64,000 bases of DNA from Zygnema circumcarinatum SAG 698-1b (GCA_037447605.1 CM074805.1:963361-1027360); one strand, 5' to 3'; shown: positions 51,299 through 63,525, counted from the stretch's first letter. The notes: generated by a model from the sequence alone, not told the origin. Numbers and translations: made by a program.

Positions 51299-53238
51299 TA
51301 GCATGAGACGGAATCGAAATTTGACCAAAAAATACAAAAAATATTAACACGAGCGTAAAAAAAGGGTGTAAGTTTGGCCGAGAGTTACTCTCAATATAAA
51401 AAGTTCGGTCCCTTTTGACAACATTATGCATCAGTATTACAACGTGTAAAGGCTCAGAGCCGCGAGTTCACATGAGTGGGTGAAACTCTCCACTATCAGG
51501 CCACTTGACAGCCGTACGAACGCTGCCAAAAGAGGGGTCTCCTTTAAGGTCGTCATAGTATATATTCGCGAAACCCATCCGTCTGCTGGCCTCGTACTCC
51601 TATAAAAAGACGAATGGGCCGATGTCAAAACGTGCAAAATTGAACAAGCTGTGATAAAGAATGGCTGCCGGTTTCTCCACCCCCGGAGTGAGGCCGCTGA
51701 AATAGTCTAGAAAAGAAAAATTGCTGGACATTAAGTTCACAGCTTCGGAATGTGGTTTTCAAAACCATTTCCACCAGAAACCGGAAGCCTGAAGAAAGGA
51801 AAGTGGGAGCAAGCTTTCAAAAACTGACCAGGCGGAGTTTTTGCAGAGTCTTTTCGTCATCGTTGTGGGGAAACAGATACCCATCCAGCCGCTTGAATTT
51901 GCAATCGATTCCCTCTTCTTTTACCACATTTTCAATCCAATCGATAGCCCCCCGGTGGCTTTCTGCGACCAAGCGAGACTTTTCTTCTCCGAAAGCTTCC
52001 TCAAGCACGTGGTAGTAGTCGTCATTCCACGGCATAAGGTGAGCTGTGGTCCTGCCTGTCTGACCATACCCTGCTCAAACAGCAACCCGTACAGCATAGG
52101 TCTAAGAGTATTGACTCAAGTTTAATACAAACGTTATGCTATACCAAGAGCATGAGTCTGCTCTACTTGATCAAATCATGAATCATTCATTAAAATCCCC
52201 ATAAGCATGGAAAGACATAACTCACCTATACACTTTGCCTCAAGAACTACCACGGACTTCCCTGCCTTCAGCAGGCTGTAGGCGATACTCAGTCCTGCAA
52301 TTCCTCCTCCTACAACCACCACGTCCGTCTTAATAGTCCCTTCCAGGGACGGATATTGTGGTTTCAAGTCTTGTTGGTTCCACACAGTGGGCCGGAGTCC
52401 CGGGAGCTTCTCCGTCTGCTGCAGCTGCACTTCAGCAGTTGTTGTCGCCATGGCACGCATTCCCTTTCCTTTGCGCAGAGGTTCAAGAGCCTTGCGAAGG
52501 TAGTTTCGAGACGCACTCCAGCACATCTGCACAAAGAAAGGGGACACCGATTGGCAGATGCGATAAAGATACAAAGAAAAAAGAGAAGAAAAGGAAACAC
52601 CACGCTCACTCAAGGTACTAAATCGAGAACGTGCTTACAATCCTGGGAGTCTAGATACCTCTTCATGCGTTCAGAATGGTGTATCCAAACAAATCTTTTG
52701 GCCAGCAGACAAGCCTAAATCCTCGATCTCTGGGAGGATGTTTATGAATTGGGAGGTGCTTACTGGTTTCTTCACAACTCACACACTTTGCTTTCGCATA
52801 GACCATAACACCGCTTGCAGTAAGCCCTTCCCCATTTCCCGATTGTTCGTTTGTAAACTGCACACTTACATGCTCGCGCACTCTTTCTTTCGAAACGCCG
52901 ATTGCTTGCACTGCCAACTCAGTACCGAAAGGCTGCAATCTAGCGTGTCTCGACTTGGTCTTCGTGGAAAATGCAATTCCAGTCAGCGGAGAATACTCTT
53001 TGGACGATGTACCCCTCCACACTTTCTCCCAACATATCAGCTGGCTTTCCCCGAACAAGGGGCGTCTTGCGCCGCAGAAACTGTCTACCGCCAGGAGTGA
53101 TAGACCATACATTGCACTCGGCCTTTCTCCGCGTCCAAGACAGCCCCTGCAAGCAGCAGAAGGACGCTGCAGCCAGCAAGGCCCGACGGCGCCCTTCTGC
53201 GGTAGTCCCGGCGTGCCGGCACGGGCATGCAAGGCCAT
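48969..53238 (-). CDS. YhfW-like FAD/Rieske oxidoreductase, copy B (probable long N-terminal presequence)
   Basis: Same motifs (GGGIAG, GDSGEGMTGGT, CPHMKC...CPCHGS). Upstream exon 53238-52870 ends at a GTAAGT donor, in frame with the acceptor at 52527. Alternative starts at 52526 or 52451. Confidence 0.85.
50762..50906 (+). repeat. (GA)n intronic microsatellite; others at 24527-24570, 41886-41936 and 51204-51295
   Basis: Direct inspection. Confidence 0.95.
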
Positions 53239-53476
53239 GCAATTAGCCACCGGCTTGTGCGACTTCTGGGGGGCTTCGGGAACCTTTTTGCCTCGGCTTT
53301 TGGCCACGCCGGAGTTGGGGGGGACCCTCTAGGACGAGCCTGTTTGCACCACATGAAACATGGGATTGGAATGGGTCTCACGATGGCGATGCCATGAGAA
53401 CAAGTACATGGACAAAAGCAACACGGAGAACCACGAGGACCCGCTCATAAAGACCTAAAAACGAAAGGACAAAGCT

Positions 53477-53599
53477 TTTTTCTTTTGTGCTTAGTTCCTT
53501 CGCGACCAGTTCCTCGTGCTTCCTTCCCCATGCTGATTTTGTCCATGTACATTTGATGGCATCATCGCCATCGTGAGATCAATGCCACTTCCCTCCCTG
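53477..53599 (-). mobile_element. Short retroposed element (SINE-like or LINE 3' end) with A-rich tail and 12-bp target-site duplication
   Basis: AAGGACAAAGCT flanks it at 53465-53476 and 53600-53611, with a T-run at the left end. Homologous copies at ~35116-35220, ~48496-48566 and (opposite strand) ~53362-53462. Confidence 0.7.
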
Positions 53600-53827
53600 A
53601 AGGACAAAGCTATGAGATGAAATCTACCTCTATGTTAGAAAATTTGTCGTACTTTATCCCCCAACATGTTGGCAATGGCTCCAAATGGCTCTAGGGCGCC
53701 CATTCAAGCCCATCGAGAAACCCGCATTGTTGCCATCAACATCAACATCAACAACTCTGTGTTTGGCCAAACCTGCCGCTCGCTCAGTTCTCAGTTTCCA
53801 ACATGGAACATGTTACCTCCTCCGCTT

Positions 53828-53960
53828 GCCACGTGGCGCAACCACCGCGCGGCACCGACCCCAGAGTCCGGAAACGTTCCGCATGTGTGCCACGTGGCAC
53901 TTCGTTCCAGAAAAAAGCGCTATCAAACGGCAGCCACGTAGACAAGGGCGTCCACGTGGC
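53828..53960. promoter_or_regulatory. G-box/ABRE cluster in the bidirectional promoter of oxidoreductase copies B and C
   Basis: GCCACGTGGC at 53828, GTGCCACGTGGCAC at 53887, GCCACGTA at 53933, CCACGTGGC at 53952. Confidence 0.65.
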
Positions 53961-54216
53961 ACTCTGCATGGCAGGTTACGTCTCAGTCCTTGCGGACATG
54001 GCTTCCAAGTGTCAGCGACCTGCCCAACAACGTTGCCTTCAAGCCCTGGGGACGAAGGAGGTCATCCTTTGGCAGGATTTAAAAATTTGAAGGCTTTCAG
54101 GCTGGAAGAGGAAACGCAGGGATTTTGCATTTGCAGGGGTCAGAGGATTGACAGAATTTTTGGAGTTCCAGGAACGGGAGAGAGGAGGACGAGGAGGAGG
54201 TGAAAGCGGTCGGAAA

Positions 54217-57200
54217 ATGGCGGCATTAGGCGTTGCAGGGTGTTCGACTTCTTGCACTGCGAGATTGACGAGATTAGGTCGTGTGGAAGGGCCTGAGAGT
54301 CTGCTGAAGAGCGGCTGGCTGAGCAATGCTTGCGGTGAATGGAGGCTGAGACCGAAAATAAAGGCACAAGTGAGTGGAGGAGATTCTGGTTTGGCGGTTC
54401 TCGGGAGTGTGGATGTATGCTTAGCTGAATGGCACTGCTTCCCTGTTTGCTGGATTAGATTCACGCTCTGAATGTTTCAGACAAAGTGTGATGACAATGG
54501 TTTCGATCGGCCAATGCCGCTTTGTTGCAATGACTGGGAGGGAAGCCAACAAGTTAAACTGCAGATGCCAACACCTGGTCTTATTGTCCAATCAGTAGAG
54601 GCTTCTCTGAAACAAAGTTCTTTACGTGCGTTCCTGATCTAGGCAGGCAATTTGTCATGAAATGATTGAAGTACAAGTCTTTCTTTGTATTATATAGGAT
54701 TTCCGACGAGGCAGTGTGACTTAATACATTCACAAACTGTAGAACTGGCAGAATTGTTTGACTTTTTATTCTATCATACGGACGGAAACGTCACGGAAAA
54801 ATCATTGATATTGAGGGCAATGCTATGTGATAAGCACTTTTTCTGGGGGTGTTATTAGTGCACGATTAAGAACTAAATTGCGAAGCAATGTTTTCACAAA
54901 TACTGTCGGTTGAGTAACCAGGCGCTTTGATGAGCCGTGACTGAAAAACTGTGTCTTGACCTCTTTTTAGGTCCGCTTAAGCCGAATCTCAGCCTCGTCT
55001 CAAAAGGCTGATACGCATGAGAACGTCCAAGATAAAGCTCAATCTGGGCCAGCCGGCAGTAACGGCAAGTCCGCAGCAAAGAGCAATGGCAAATCGAATG
55101 GAAACGGACAGATGCCTTCAGGCAGGCCAGTGCAGAAATTGACAGGCGGAAGTTTGGAGGAGGCTGTGCCCGGGCTGAGGAGGACTGTGTGGGACCAACA
55201 GGACCTGCGCCCAACTTATCCGACACTCAATAAAAATTTACGTGCTGATGTGGTTGTAGTAGGCGCGGGCATTGCTGGGCTAAGTGTAGCGTACAATCTT
55301 GTCAAAGCCGGGAAAAAGGTTGTCGTCCTCGAAGCGAAATGCATTGGTAAGGGCTTTTATCCACAACCTTGGCTTGCCTTTATCATCATATATCAGCATC
55401 AGCACAAGGAAAACTGTGTGTAATTTCTTTGGCGTCGAAAAGGAAATTATGTTCCAGCGAGTGATGTATTGTTCCCCTGTGGGGCTGATCGTGGCAGGAA
55501 GCGGACAGACAGGAAAGACTACAGCTCACCTTATGCCCTGGAACGATGACTACTACATGATGCTTGAGCAGCTCTTTGGGCTGAAAAACGCAGCTCTTGT
55601 AGGAGACAGCCATCGAAAGGCCATTGATTGGGTGGAGAATATCGTAAAGGAGGAGGAGATTGACTGTGAATTTTCCAGAGTTGACGGTTACCTGTTTCCG
55701 CATGACGATGCCAATTCAACATATGAAATGCTATTTTCCGTAAGTACTCCAACTTCTAACCTCCGGCTTACTCCGTTGACCTAGTGAGCTGGCTTGAAGG
55801 CGCTTTATTACCACGCAGATGATCCGGAGATCTTAAACTATCAGAACTGACAAGCTCCATCCTTTCATGTTTTGCGGATGGTACAGGAGTATGACGCGGC
55901 GAAACGAGCAGGATTTGACACTATTTCCATCATCGATGGCGGTGGAGATCCTTCGCTTGGTTCAATGCGTACAGCCATCAAGTGGCCTATGGCAGCCGAT
56001 TTTCATCCGCTGAAGTACGTTATGCAAAGACGTAAATCTCCTAAAATACGTTCCCCTGCTGCTAAAGAAAGGCTGCCCATAGTTTATGATTCCACGATTC
56101 ATTCCTTTACCTCCTTTTCCTTTAGTTTCTACAATCGCAAGTACCTTCGAATGCTTTAACAGCACCAATTTTATCTGTTGCAGATACATTTCCGGGCTTG
56201 CAGCGGCAATCGAGAAAATGGGTGGTCAAATATTCGAGCAGAGTCGAGTGATGAACCAGGAAGGGACGAAAGTCTCTACAACCGACAGGTTTTCAGTGTC
56301 TGCGGATGCAGTTGTCCTGGCAACGAATTCCCCAATTAATCACAACCTTGCGGTTCACGCTCGCCAGCCAGCGGATCGGAGCTATGTCATTGGTTTGAAG
56401 GTGAAGAAAGGCGATATAAAGTGAGTCCCCTCGCTTCCTTCTGGGTCAAACCAACTGAATTTCTGACGAGATAAACTTGGTCGACTCGCATAGACCCAAA
56501 CAATCCAATTCAATTCAGCCCTTCCAAGACCAGATTGTCAGGCTTTGAGATCTTGGCTTTTTGACTAACCTTAGCTAAGCCTTTATCGGAACTGAAAAAT
56601 GCATTCTGTGTAACTGCAGAAAAGCACAGTGGTGGGATACATTTTCTCCTTATCACTATGTGCGCCTGGAGGAAAAAGAAGGTTTTGACGTACTGGTGGT
56701 GGGAGGCATGGATCATCCTGTCGGCATTCCAAGCACCCAGGACTATCCAGCTGCTTATGAGGACCTTGAAAAATGGGCCAAAAAGCGGTGGCCAGCTGCG
56801 GGGGAAATCATTTATAAGTGGACTGGCATGGTCAGTGAGAGGCTATAATGGCAAGCAAACTGCGATAATCTGGTAGATTTGCAGCGCTGCCTTCACCGAA
56901 CTCGACATGATTCTAATAATTATTTTGCTGCCAAAATCGTATGATGTGCAGGTGTACAAGCCAGTAGACCTTCTGGGCCTCTACCACCACGACCCTCTCA
57001 ATTTCGGCACGAACACATACATCGCCACTGGTAAGGTCACTTCGTTGTGACGATGTTTGCATACAACGAACAAAGCAACCTATTTGAAGAGCTCGTCAGT
57101 TTGAGCTTCTGCGTGTTTCATACACCTGAACGAAACACTCTACCTATATTGCTTTTGGGTAGTAGCCGAGCCCGAGTCAGGGTAGTAAATAAGGGCAACA

Positions 57201-58143
57201 GGCCTACCCTTTTAAGAGGTGATACTGAATATGTCAATTGTACACCGTGCAGGCGACAGTGGGCAGGGCATGACAGGCGGCACAATCGCAGGATTAGTCC
57301 TTTCCGATCTGCTTACAAGCCGGCAAAACCCGTGGAGCAACCTTTACAACGCCAGCCGTCCTCCTCCACCTCACCCTTCTGTTCTTCAGAGCGTTGCCAC
57401 TGCTACGGCTCACACTGTGCAGGTACAAATCGTACAAATTCTTAGTTGAGCTTCACTCGCCATGCGCTTGCTAGGCTCTTTTATATAATGTTGAGGAATG
57501 TCGCAATACGTCCGTGTCGAAAATGACTTGATTCAATTTTGGGGTTGGCCTTTGCCGAACGTCGGATGAGAAGATAGGGCATTGCTTTCGATGGTTTACT
57601 TTCTAATTTACATGACATTTTTGTAAATTTCCAATACAACCGTATGAAGCCTGAAGTTTTATTCATTTGGAATGCCCTGGGCTTATGTATGTGCAGGGCT
57701 ATGCCAAGACGATTCCTGGATATGGTAACGACTTCGTTTCTATCAACAGGATGAGCCCCGGAAGCGGAGCAGTCATCAACCAAAGGCTGGACAAGATAGC
57801 CGTGTATAAGGATGAATATGGTGTCACGACCAAATTCTCAGGTCTGCCGCTTTTTCCCTTTTGCAAAGCGCCTGATTATTTTCAGAATCGCTGAATGCAG
57901 TTCAGCCTTGTTGGAATGACCTGATCCTCAGAATCATTTAGCGTAGGAGTCAGAAACGATGTCGTCTGAATGCTTCACTGCCAACTTGTGCCTCTTGCAG
58001 CAATCTGCCCTCATCTCAAATGCGCAGTCAGTTGGAACCCGAAGGATTCCACATTCGACTGTCCCTGCCACGGCTCGCAATTCGACACAAAGGGACGCTG
58101 CATTCAGGGACCGGCCAAGGCGAATCTGCCTATTGTGCCATGA
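54217..58143 (+). CDS. YhfW-like FAD/Rieske oxidoreductase, copy C (transit-peptide-like N-terminus)
   Basis: Exon 54217-54369 splices in frame to 54971. Motifs GAGIAG, GQTGKTTAHL, FHPL, GDSGQGMTGGT, CPHLKC...CPCHGSQF; stop at 58141-58143. Confidence 0.88.
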
Positions 58144-58859
58144 ACAGAGAGCCAAGCAGCTACGAATGTGCAGATGTCCTTCAATTTTCACAGAGGAATG
58201 AAGATGGAATGAAGATTTTATCCTATGTAGAGAGCAACAACCGGCAAACTTGTACAGGAAAATACAGACTGTGATTTGATGACATTTCTCTTTATGGCCA
58301 CCCATCTGTACCGTTTTCATTTTTTCGGAGAGCTGAGGGTGTTGGGGCTTGTGTTCTCAAGAGACTCGTTATTGTACAGCGAGGGAAATTCACTTTCTTT
58401 TTGCGCCACATCCTTACTGAATCTCGTGATTTTGCACTTTCGTACGCCATGCATGAACGCAATGCGCACCTGTACAGAGCGCGTCAGAGAGAGTGGAGGC
58501 AGATAGAGTGAGGTCCTGACATGAGGGAGGGAGGGAGGGAGGGGAAGAGGAATGGGGAACAGCGGACCTTGAGGAGTAGGAGAAGAGATTCACTATAGCG
58601 AGTGTATGCAAATCGCAGATTTTCTTTCACTTTCACAAGCAATCTTGCTCGATGGTGAGTGTGGCGGGAGAGGGAGAGGGAGGGTGAATGGCAACTAGCG
58701 GCAAAAATGTTTCAGTCGTAGGCCGTTCACCGTTTGTGCAAGAAACTGGAACCTTTCCTTCGCGTTACAGTCCGAAACCGGACGTTAGAGCGAGTACATC
58801 ACCACTCCTCCTGGAGGTCAGGCCTCCCATCACTTTTGGCGAATGAGATTCGAAGACAG

Positions 58860-58950
58860 AGGTTTGACGAGTGCATGCGGCTGCCGAAAAAGCTTCTCCA
58901 ACCTCAGTGTCCGCTGGACCGCGAAAAGTTAGTTCCCAGAAACTTTTCAC
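58860..58950 (+). repeat. Dispersed repeat; inverted copy at ~62915-63005 inside a GT92 intron
   Basis: gacgagtgcatg(c/t)ggctgccg...agcttctcca...accgcga...agttagttcc is shared. Confidence 0.7.
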
Positions 58951-59387
58951 ATACGATTTTTGCAGAAAAGAAATGATAAAGCTTACTCAAAGACCATTAG
59001 TTTTTTGGTCACGTTTAAAGGCTTAATGTGCAAGCAGACCAGATGTTCCTATTGGGACGAGGGAGCATTTGGATGTTATTGTTGCGACGCAAGCGCATTT
59101 GTGAAGGCACATGCGCCCTATCTCTTCACTGCTTTTCAAAGCGCGTAACACAGTGCTTGCTGCAGATGCAAGTGGACCTTTCTCGAAATTTGTAAATTCA
59201 AAGCAGTGGCGGATCTTGCAGGCTTGCAGATGTCGCTGTGTTTGGGCGTGTCGACAGATAGGACAACCTGCCTAAAAACTCGACACGTGGCAAGTCCGCC
59301 CTGCCAGGTGGCCAGTGCAGGAGGACCTCCATACGGCCTGGATTGGTGCTGACGGGGCAAGTTTCGACGGCTGGATTTCCCCTTCAT

Positions 59388-59686
59388 TAGGGCGTGTCAG
59401 ACTTAACGAAATCTTACAAACAAAAAAGTTTTGTAAGTACTCCGCCGCACCAGGATTGCGATGTCACCGAAGTACTCGTTCTGGTCTCAAACTTACGAAC
59501 AATTTTTAAGTCTGACACCCCCTATTAGGGGGTGTCAGACTTAACAAAATCTTACGAAAAGCGTTACGAAAAAAAAGGTTACGAAAGTACTCCGCCGCAG
59601 GAGGATCGCGATTATACTGGAGTACTCGTTCTGATGTTAAACTTACGAACACGCGTACTGAAATTTTTTAAGTCTGACACCCCCTA
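59388..59686. mobile_element. Two tandem MITE-like elements (59388-59524, 59526-59686) with 19-bp terminal inverted repeats
   Basis: Each unit is TAGGG(G/C)GTGTCAGACTTAA ... TTAAGTCTGACACCCCCTA, with similar interiors. Confidence 0.8.
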
Positions 59687-60275
59687 TTGAAACTGCTGTC
59701 CGTCGCAGATTTTAAGCATAACCGGAGCTTGGAAATCGCAGAAGGGCTGATTCTTCACGAATCCGTTTCACAAGAGGCTTTCAAAATAAGACAGAGCCCT
59801 CTGTTGAAAGAGTCGCTTATAAAGTGAGGAGTCAGGTTGTAAGTAGGCTGAAGTGTCATTCGTTTGCTTGTGGCTCCCCTCCAGTCACAGTGCCTTGCCC
59901 CCCCCCCCTTGAGTTTTGTTTAGGCCTGACAGACCTACAAGGTGTACAATGCAGTAGCAACATACTGGGAATTGTCAGGATTGACTGAAAAGAGGAAGTT
60001 GAAATAAAGCAGCTTTCCCTTGTTGTCATCCCTTTGGAAAAGAGTTAACTCTCTGTTTCTCAGCCTCCCCAGAACATGTGTCTTGGCAATGAATGACACT
60101 CAGGGTTGGGTTGAAACGACTCTCAAAAACTGCAACGGCTTTGCATATTGCAATAGCCACTGCCATGGCCATGTTAACAACACCATGGACATAACTTAAA
60201 GCACAGCATAACATCATTTAGAAACCACAAGGAAAAAGAGCAATACCAACCACACCTATGTGCTTACAAGTTCCT

Positions 60276-63200
60276 CTATCGGGGAAGGAACCCCCCCTGC
60301 CTTATTCTTGCTGCCTCTTTCCATATCAAATCGTGAAAAACAATTTCCCCGTAATCCCGCACCATTATGGTCCTCGCACTTTCATTGTACATCACCATAC
60401 AGCAAAAATCTGGAAGGACTGCAGGCAACCCTCTGTAGTGGCCCAGCCATGCATCCTTTGCATCTACAACTGCCGTGTGGTTTTCTGTCTTCTCCAGCAA
60501 GTGATAAGAGATGAGCTCATGGACCTTCACGAGCACAACCTTGCGCGGATTAAGGACCCATTTCCGCCGTCCATCCGTTGACGCGCACTTCCAATGTCTC
60601 TCTTTGTATTTCCAAGGACGTATGCAGGTTGGCCTCTCATCTCGATACACCATTTTCTCAACATCCCACATTTCCTTACTAGTCCCAGTACGGCAATGGT
60701 GGATAGAATACGGTACAACCCCAAAACTGATGGCAGGCATGTCCTCGTTTGCCTTTACAATGTCTCGCAGGGAAGCTGGGGGAGTGACGAAAAGGTATTC
60801 ATCTGTATCAAAATTGAGTACCCACCTGTATTTGAACGAAGAAAACAAAAAAAAAAGGGTTCAGAAAGCAGGACAAGCTACATGGAACAAACCAACCTGT
60901 AACTCCCTCCATCAATTCGCCTACCTTCAAATGAGAGCAAATGCATATACGTGTGGCTAATGAGCTCACTTTTTTACAAGATGAAAAACTCACTGCTAGA
61001 ATGAAAAGTGTAGGAATGTTGAAGTGACTCTCTTCCAAGGTGCTTCACTCAGGTGGGGTTTGCCTTATCATGACAGACTTTCAGAATTAAACGTCTGCAT
61101 GTTCTTCCTCAAGAATTGATTCCAAACTGTAAAAGATTACATCAGTTAATTGAGGTTCGCTGTGGCGAGGCAAGAGCATAACTTACCTAGCGAAGGGTCG
61201 TGCTCGCAGGAGACAGTCGTGAAGGAATAATTGTTGATTTGCGTAGTATCCTGAAAACCGGCCCTGTTCATACGCATTGACATAAGTTACCAGTCTCGCT
61301 TCTCGAAAACGCCGCAACCTTTGAGCAGTGGCATTCGATAACCCTCCCAAATCATAGATAAAAAAATGCACTCGTGGCCGGAGTAAGCCATGGTGGTACA
61401 TATACCACTCAGCCACCGCTGAGGGTCGGCGAGTAAGGAACAGCGGTCCGCTGCAATGTGCAAATTCTATAGGCAGTTCCTGCTGGGTCTTGTAGAACAG
61501 ACTGTTTATCCGGCCTTCGTGATACACCAGCATTGGCGTTCCACTTGCAATAAGCTTGTCAGCGATTTGTACTGCACAACACCATAGACTCAGAACGAGA
61601 AGAATTCAGAAATACTGAGAAATGCCAACAGTAAGCTCTAGTCAAAGACCGTCACACTCTACCAAAAGTTCTTTTTAATTCCCACCGATCAAGATTTAGA
61701 TACAGAAAACAAAAACGCACATGTTCCAGGAGGCGCGTTGATGGGTTCACTATTATTCATGTGCCCTAAACCGTAAACCCGCCCTTCAGCGCTTAGAACC
61801 CTAAACCCTGCATCTAAACCCTTAAAGCCCTAAATCCTAAACCCTTATAACCTGAACCCTAAAATTCGTCAATGGAAGACCTACGCCTGGACTAAGCCTG
61901 GCCTCAGAGTAGCCTTCGTAAGCTCAAGTGCTCTTATAACATGATCATGTAGCCTATGATACGTTACATTAAGGCAAGCTTTCTAGAGGAACAATTCCAT
62001 AACATTCTACAAGAGTACCATTCAGACAGGCTCATTAGAGAAGCCCAAAACCATTATCTTGAAGCTACTGAGTGCAATCTCTTTTTACTCAAGTGATGAA
62101 TAAATGTTTCCCAGGAATAAGCATTAGAAAATGACCATTTTTTTTCAGCTCATTGGAAAACATACCCCTTTGATTTGCAATAAGAAATAAGAAGCCACCC
62201 TCTCCTCCAGCTCCAACCTCTTGTGGGAACTCGCACTTGGCAAGCACATGCACATAGGTTCGCTGGTGGTTTCCACCACCACGGAAAAATTTTGGGCGTC
62301 CAAATATAGCGACATCTAACAACCTGCAAAAGTTCACGTTTGTGGCCTTAAGCTTGAATCGGGGCAGGTGCAGAAATACCTCGGAGTTATGCATTAGACG
62401 AAGGTTGGTTTGACTCGAACACAAAGGTGAAGCATATTCACGTAAACAGCCTGAGTCATCCCATTATCAGGTTTCGACCATCAAGTGAAAACTGTCTGCA
62501 AAAATGACCCCAAAGCCTTCCAGCTTCCTCAGGTTACCTAGTAAGTCACAACATCAACATCATCACAGTAACTGACATCTCATTCTTGTTCCATACGCGA
62601 CTTTGTTCAGGGTTTACTAGAAAATCATCCTGGAGCCTTCTTTGAATGATATGAACAACAAAACCCTATCAGGTAATAAGGAATGACAAAGTCTTTGTCG
62701 ATGCTCAGTGAAAGTGAACAAGTCGGTGCAAGACTACCATTGATCACAGACTGGCATTCATCAAAGCTTCCCGCAGATCAGCACTTCTCATTATCACATT
62801 ACAATTAAAGATGAAGTTTCTGCAACAGACCATGAACCATACCATTAAGGTCCTAACACCAAAGGCGAAAAACTGTGAAATTCCACAGGCCACTGCTTGC
62901 AAAGCGATCAGTAAAAAGTGATGCTCCTTGGAACTAACTGATCGCGGTTGAGCGGTCGCTCAAGCTGGAGAAGCTCTCGCGGCAGCCACATGCACTCGTC
63001 GAAAGACTCTTTTCTTTGCCATTTTTCCCCCTGGGCTGGGGAAAGGCCCAGAACCCAAAATGAGTCCAATGACTGTCGATAAGAGCTGCCACCTCGAAAA
63101 CCCATTCAACCGTGTCAATAGTTCATGAAGTATGACCATACAATTGTATACCACAAGGTTGACACAAACCGGCATTACCGTACAAGAAGAAATTTGATTA

Positions 63201-63525
63201 CAATGAAACTTTGCAGCATAGCGTATTTGATAATCTTCCACCCTCAAAAGTCGCAAAAACTGATCCTTAAGAGAAGCAGCGCCACGCAAAATGAACACCA
63301 AAGCTTACCTGTATCGCACAAAAAAGTGAGGATCAGAGCCAAACGCAACGAACTCCTGCTGCTGCAAACCTCGTCTGCCTTTCTTGAGTGCTTCCATTTC
63401 AAAGTCCCATACCAGTCGTGGGTCCCCGCCTGCTTTCTCGTGCCTTTCTACCCACGGAGGCGTTACCTTTTGAGGCCGGCCATAATTTGCATCCCACACG
63501 TCATTCCATTGGTCGCCATCAAGGA
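60276..63525 (-). CDS. Glycosyltransferase family 92 (GALS-like/DUF23); 5' end unresolved, probably beyond the window
   Basis: FAHCSGPLF...AEWYMYHH...HFFIYDLGG...YYANQQLFLHDCLLRAR/WVLNFDTDEY (DxD)...GRRKWVLNPRKV...VHE...HYRG, following the plant GALS pattern. Confidence 0.85.
61763..61864 (+). repeat. Degenerate telomere-like (CCCTAAA) array within a GT92 intron
   Basis: ccctaaaccgtaaaccc...aaccctaaaccctg...gccctaaatcctaaaccc...aaccctaaaa. Confidence 0.75.

Noticed and set aside
50719-51431. (SL)n / (RE)n ORFs
   Set aside because: Translations of intronic (GA)n microsatellites.
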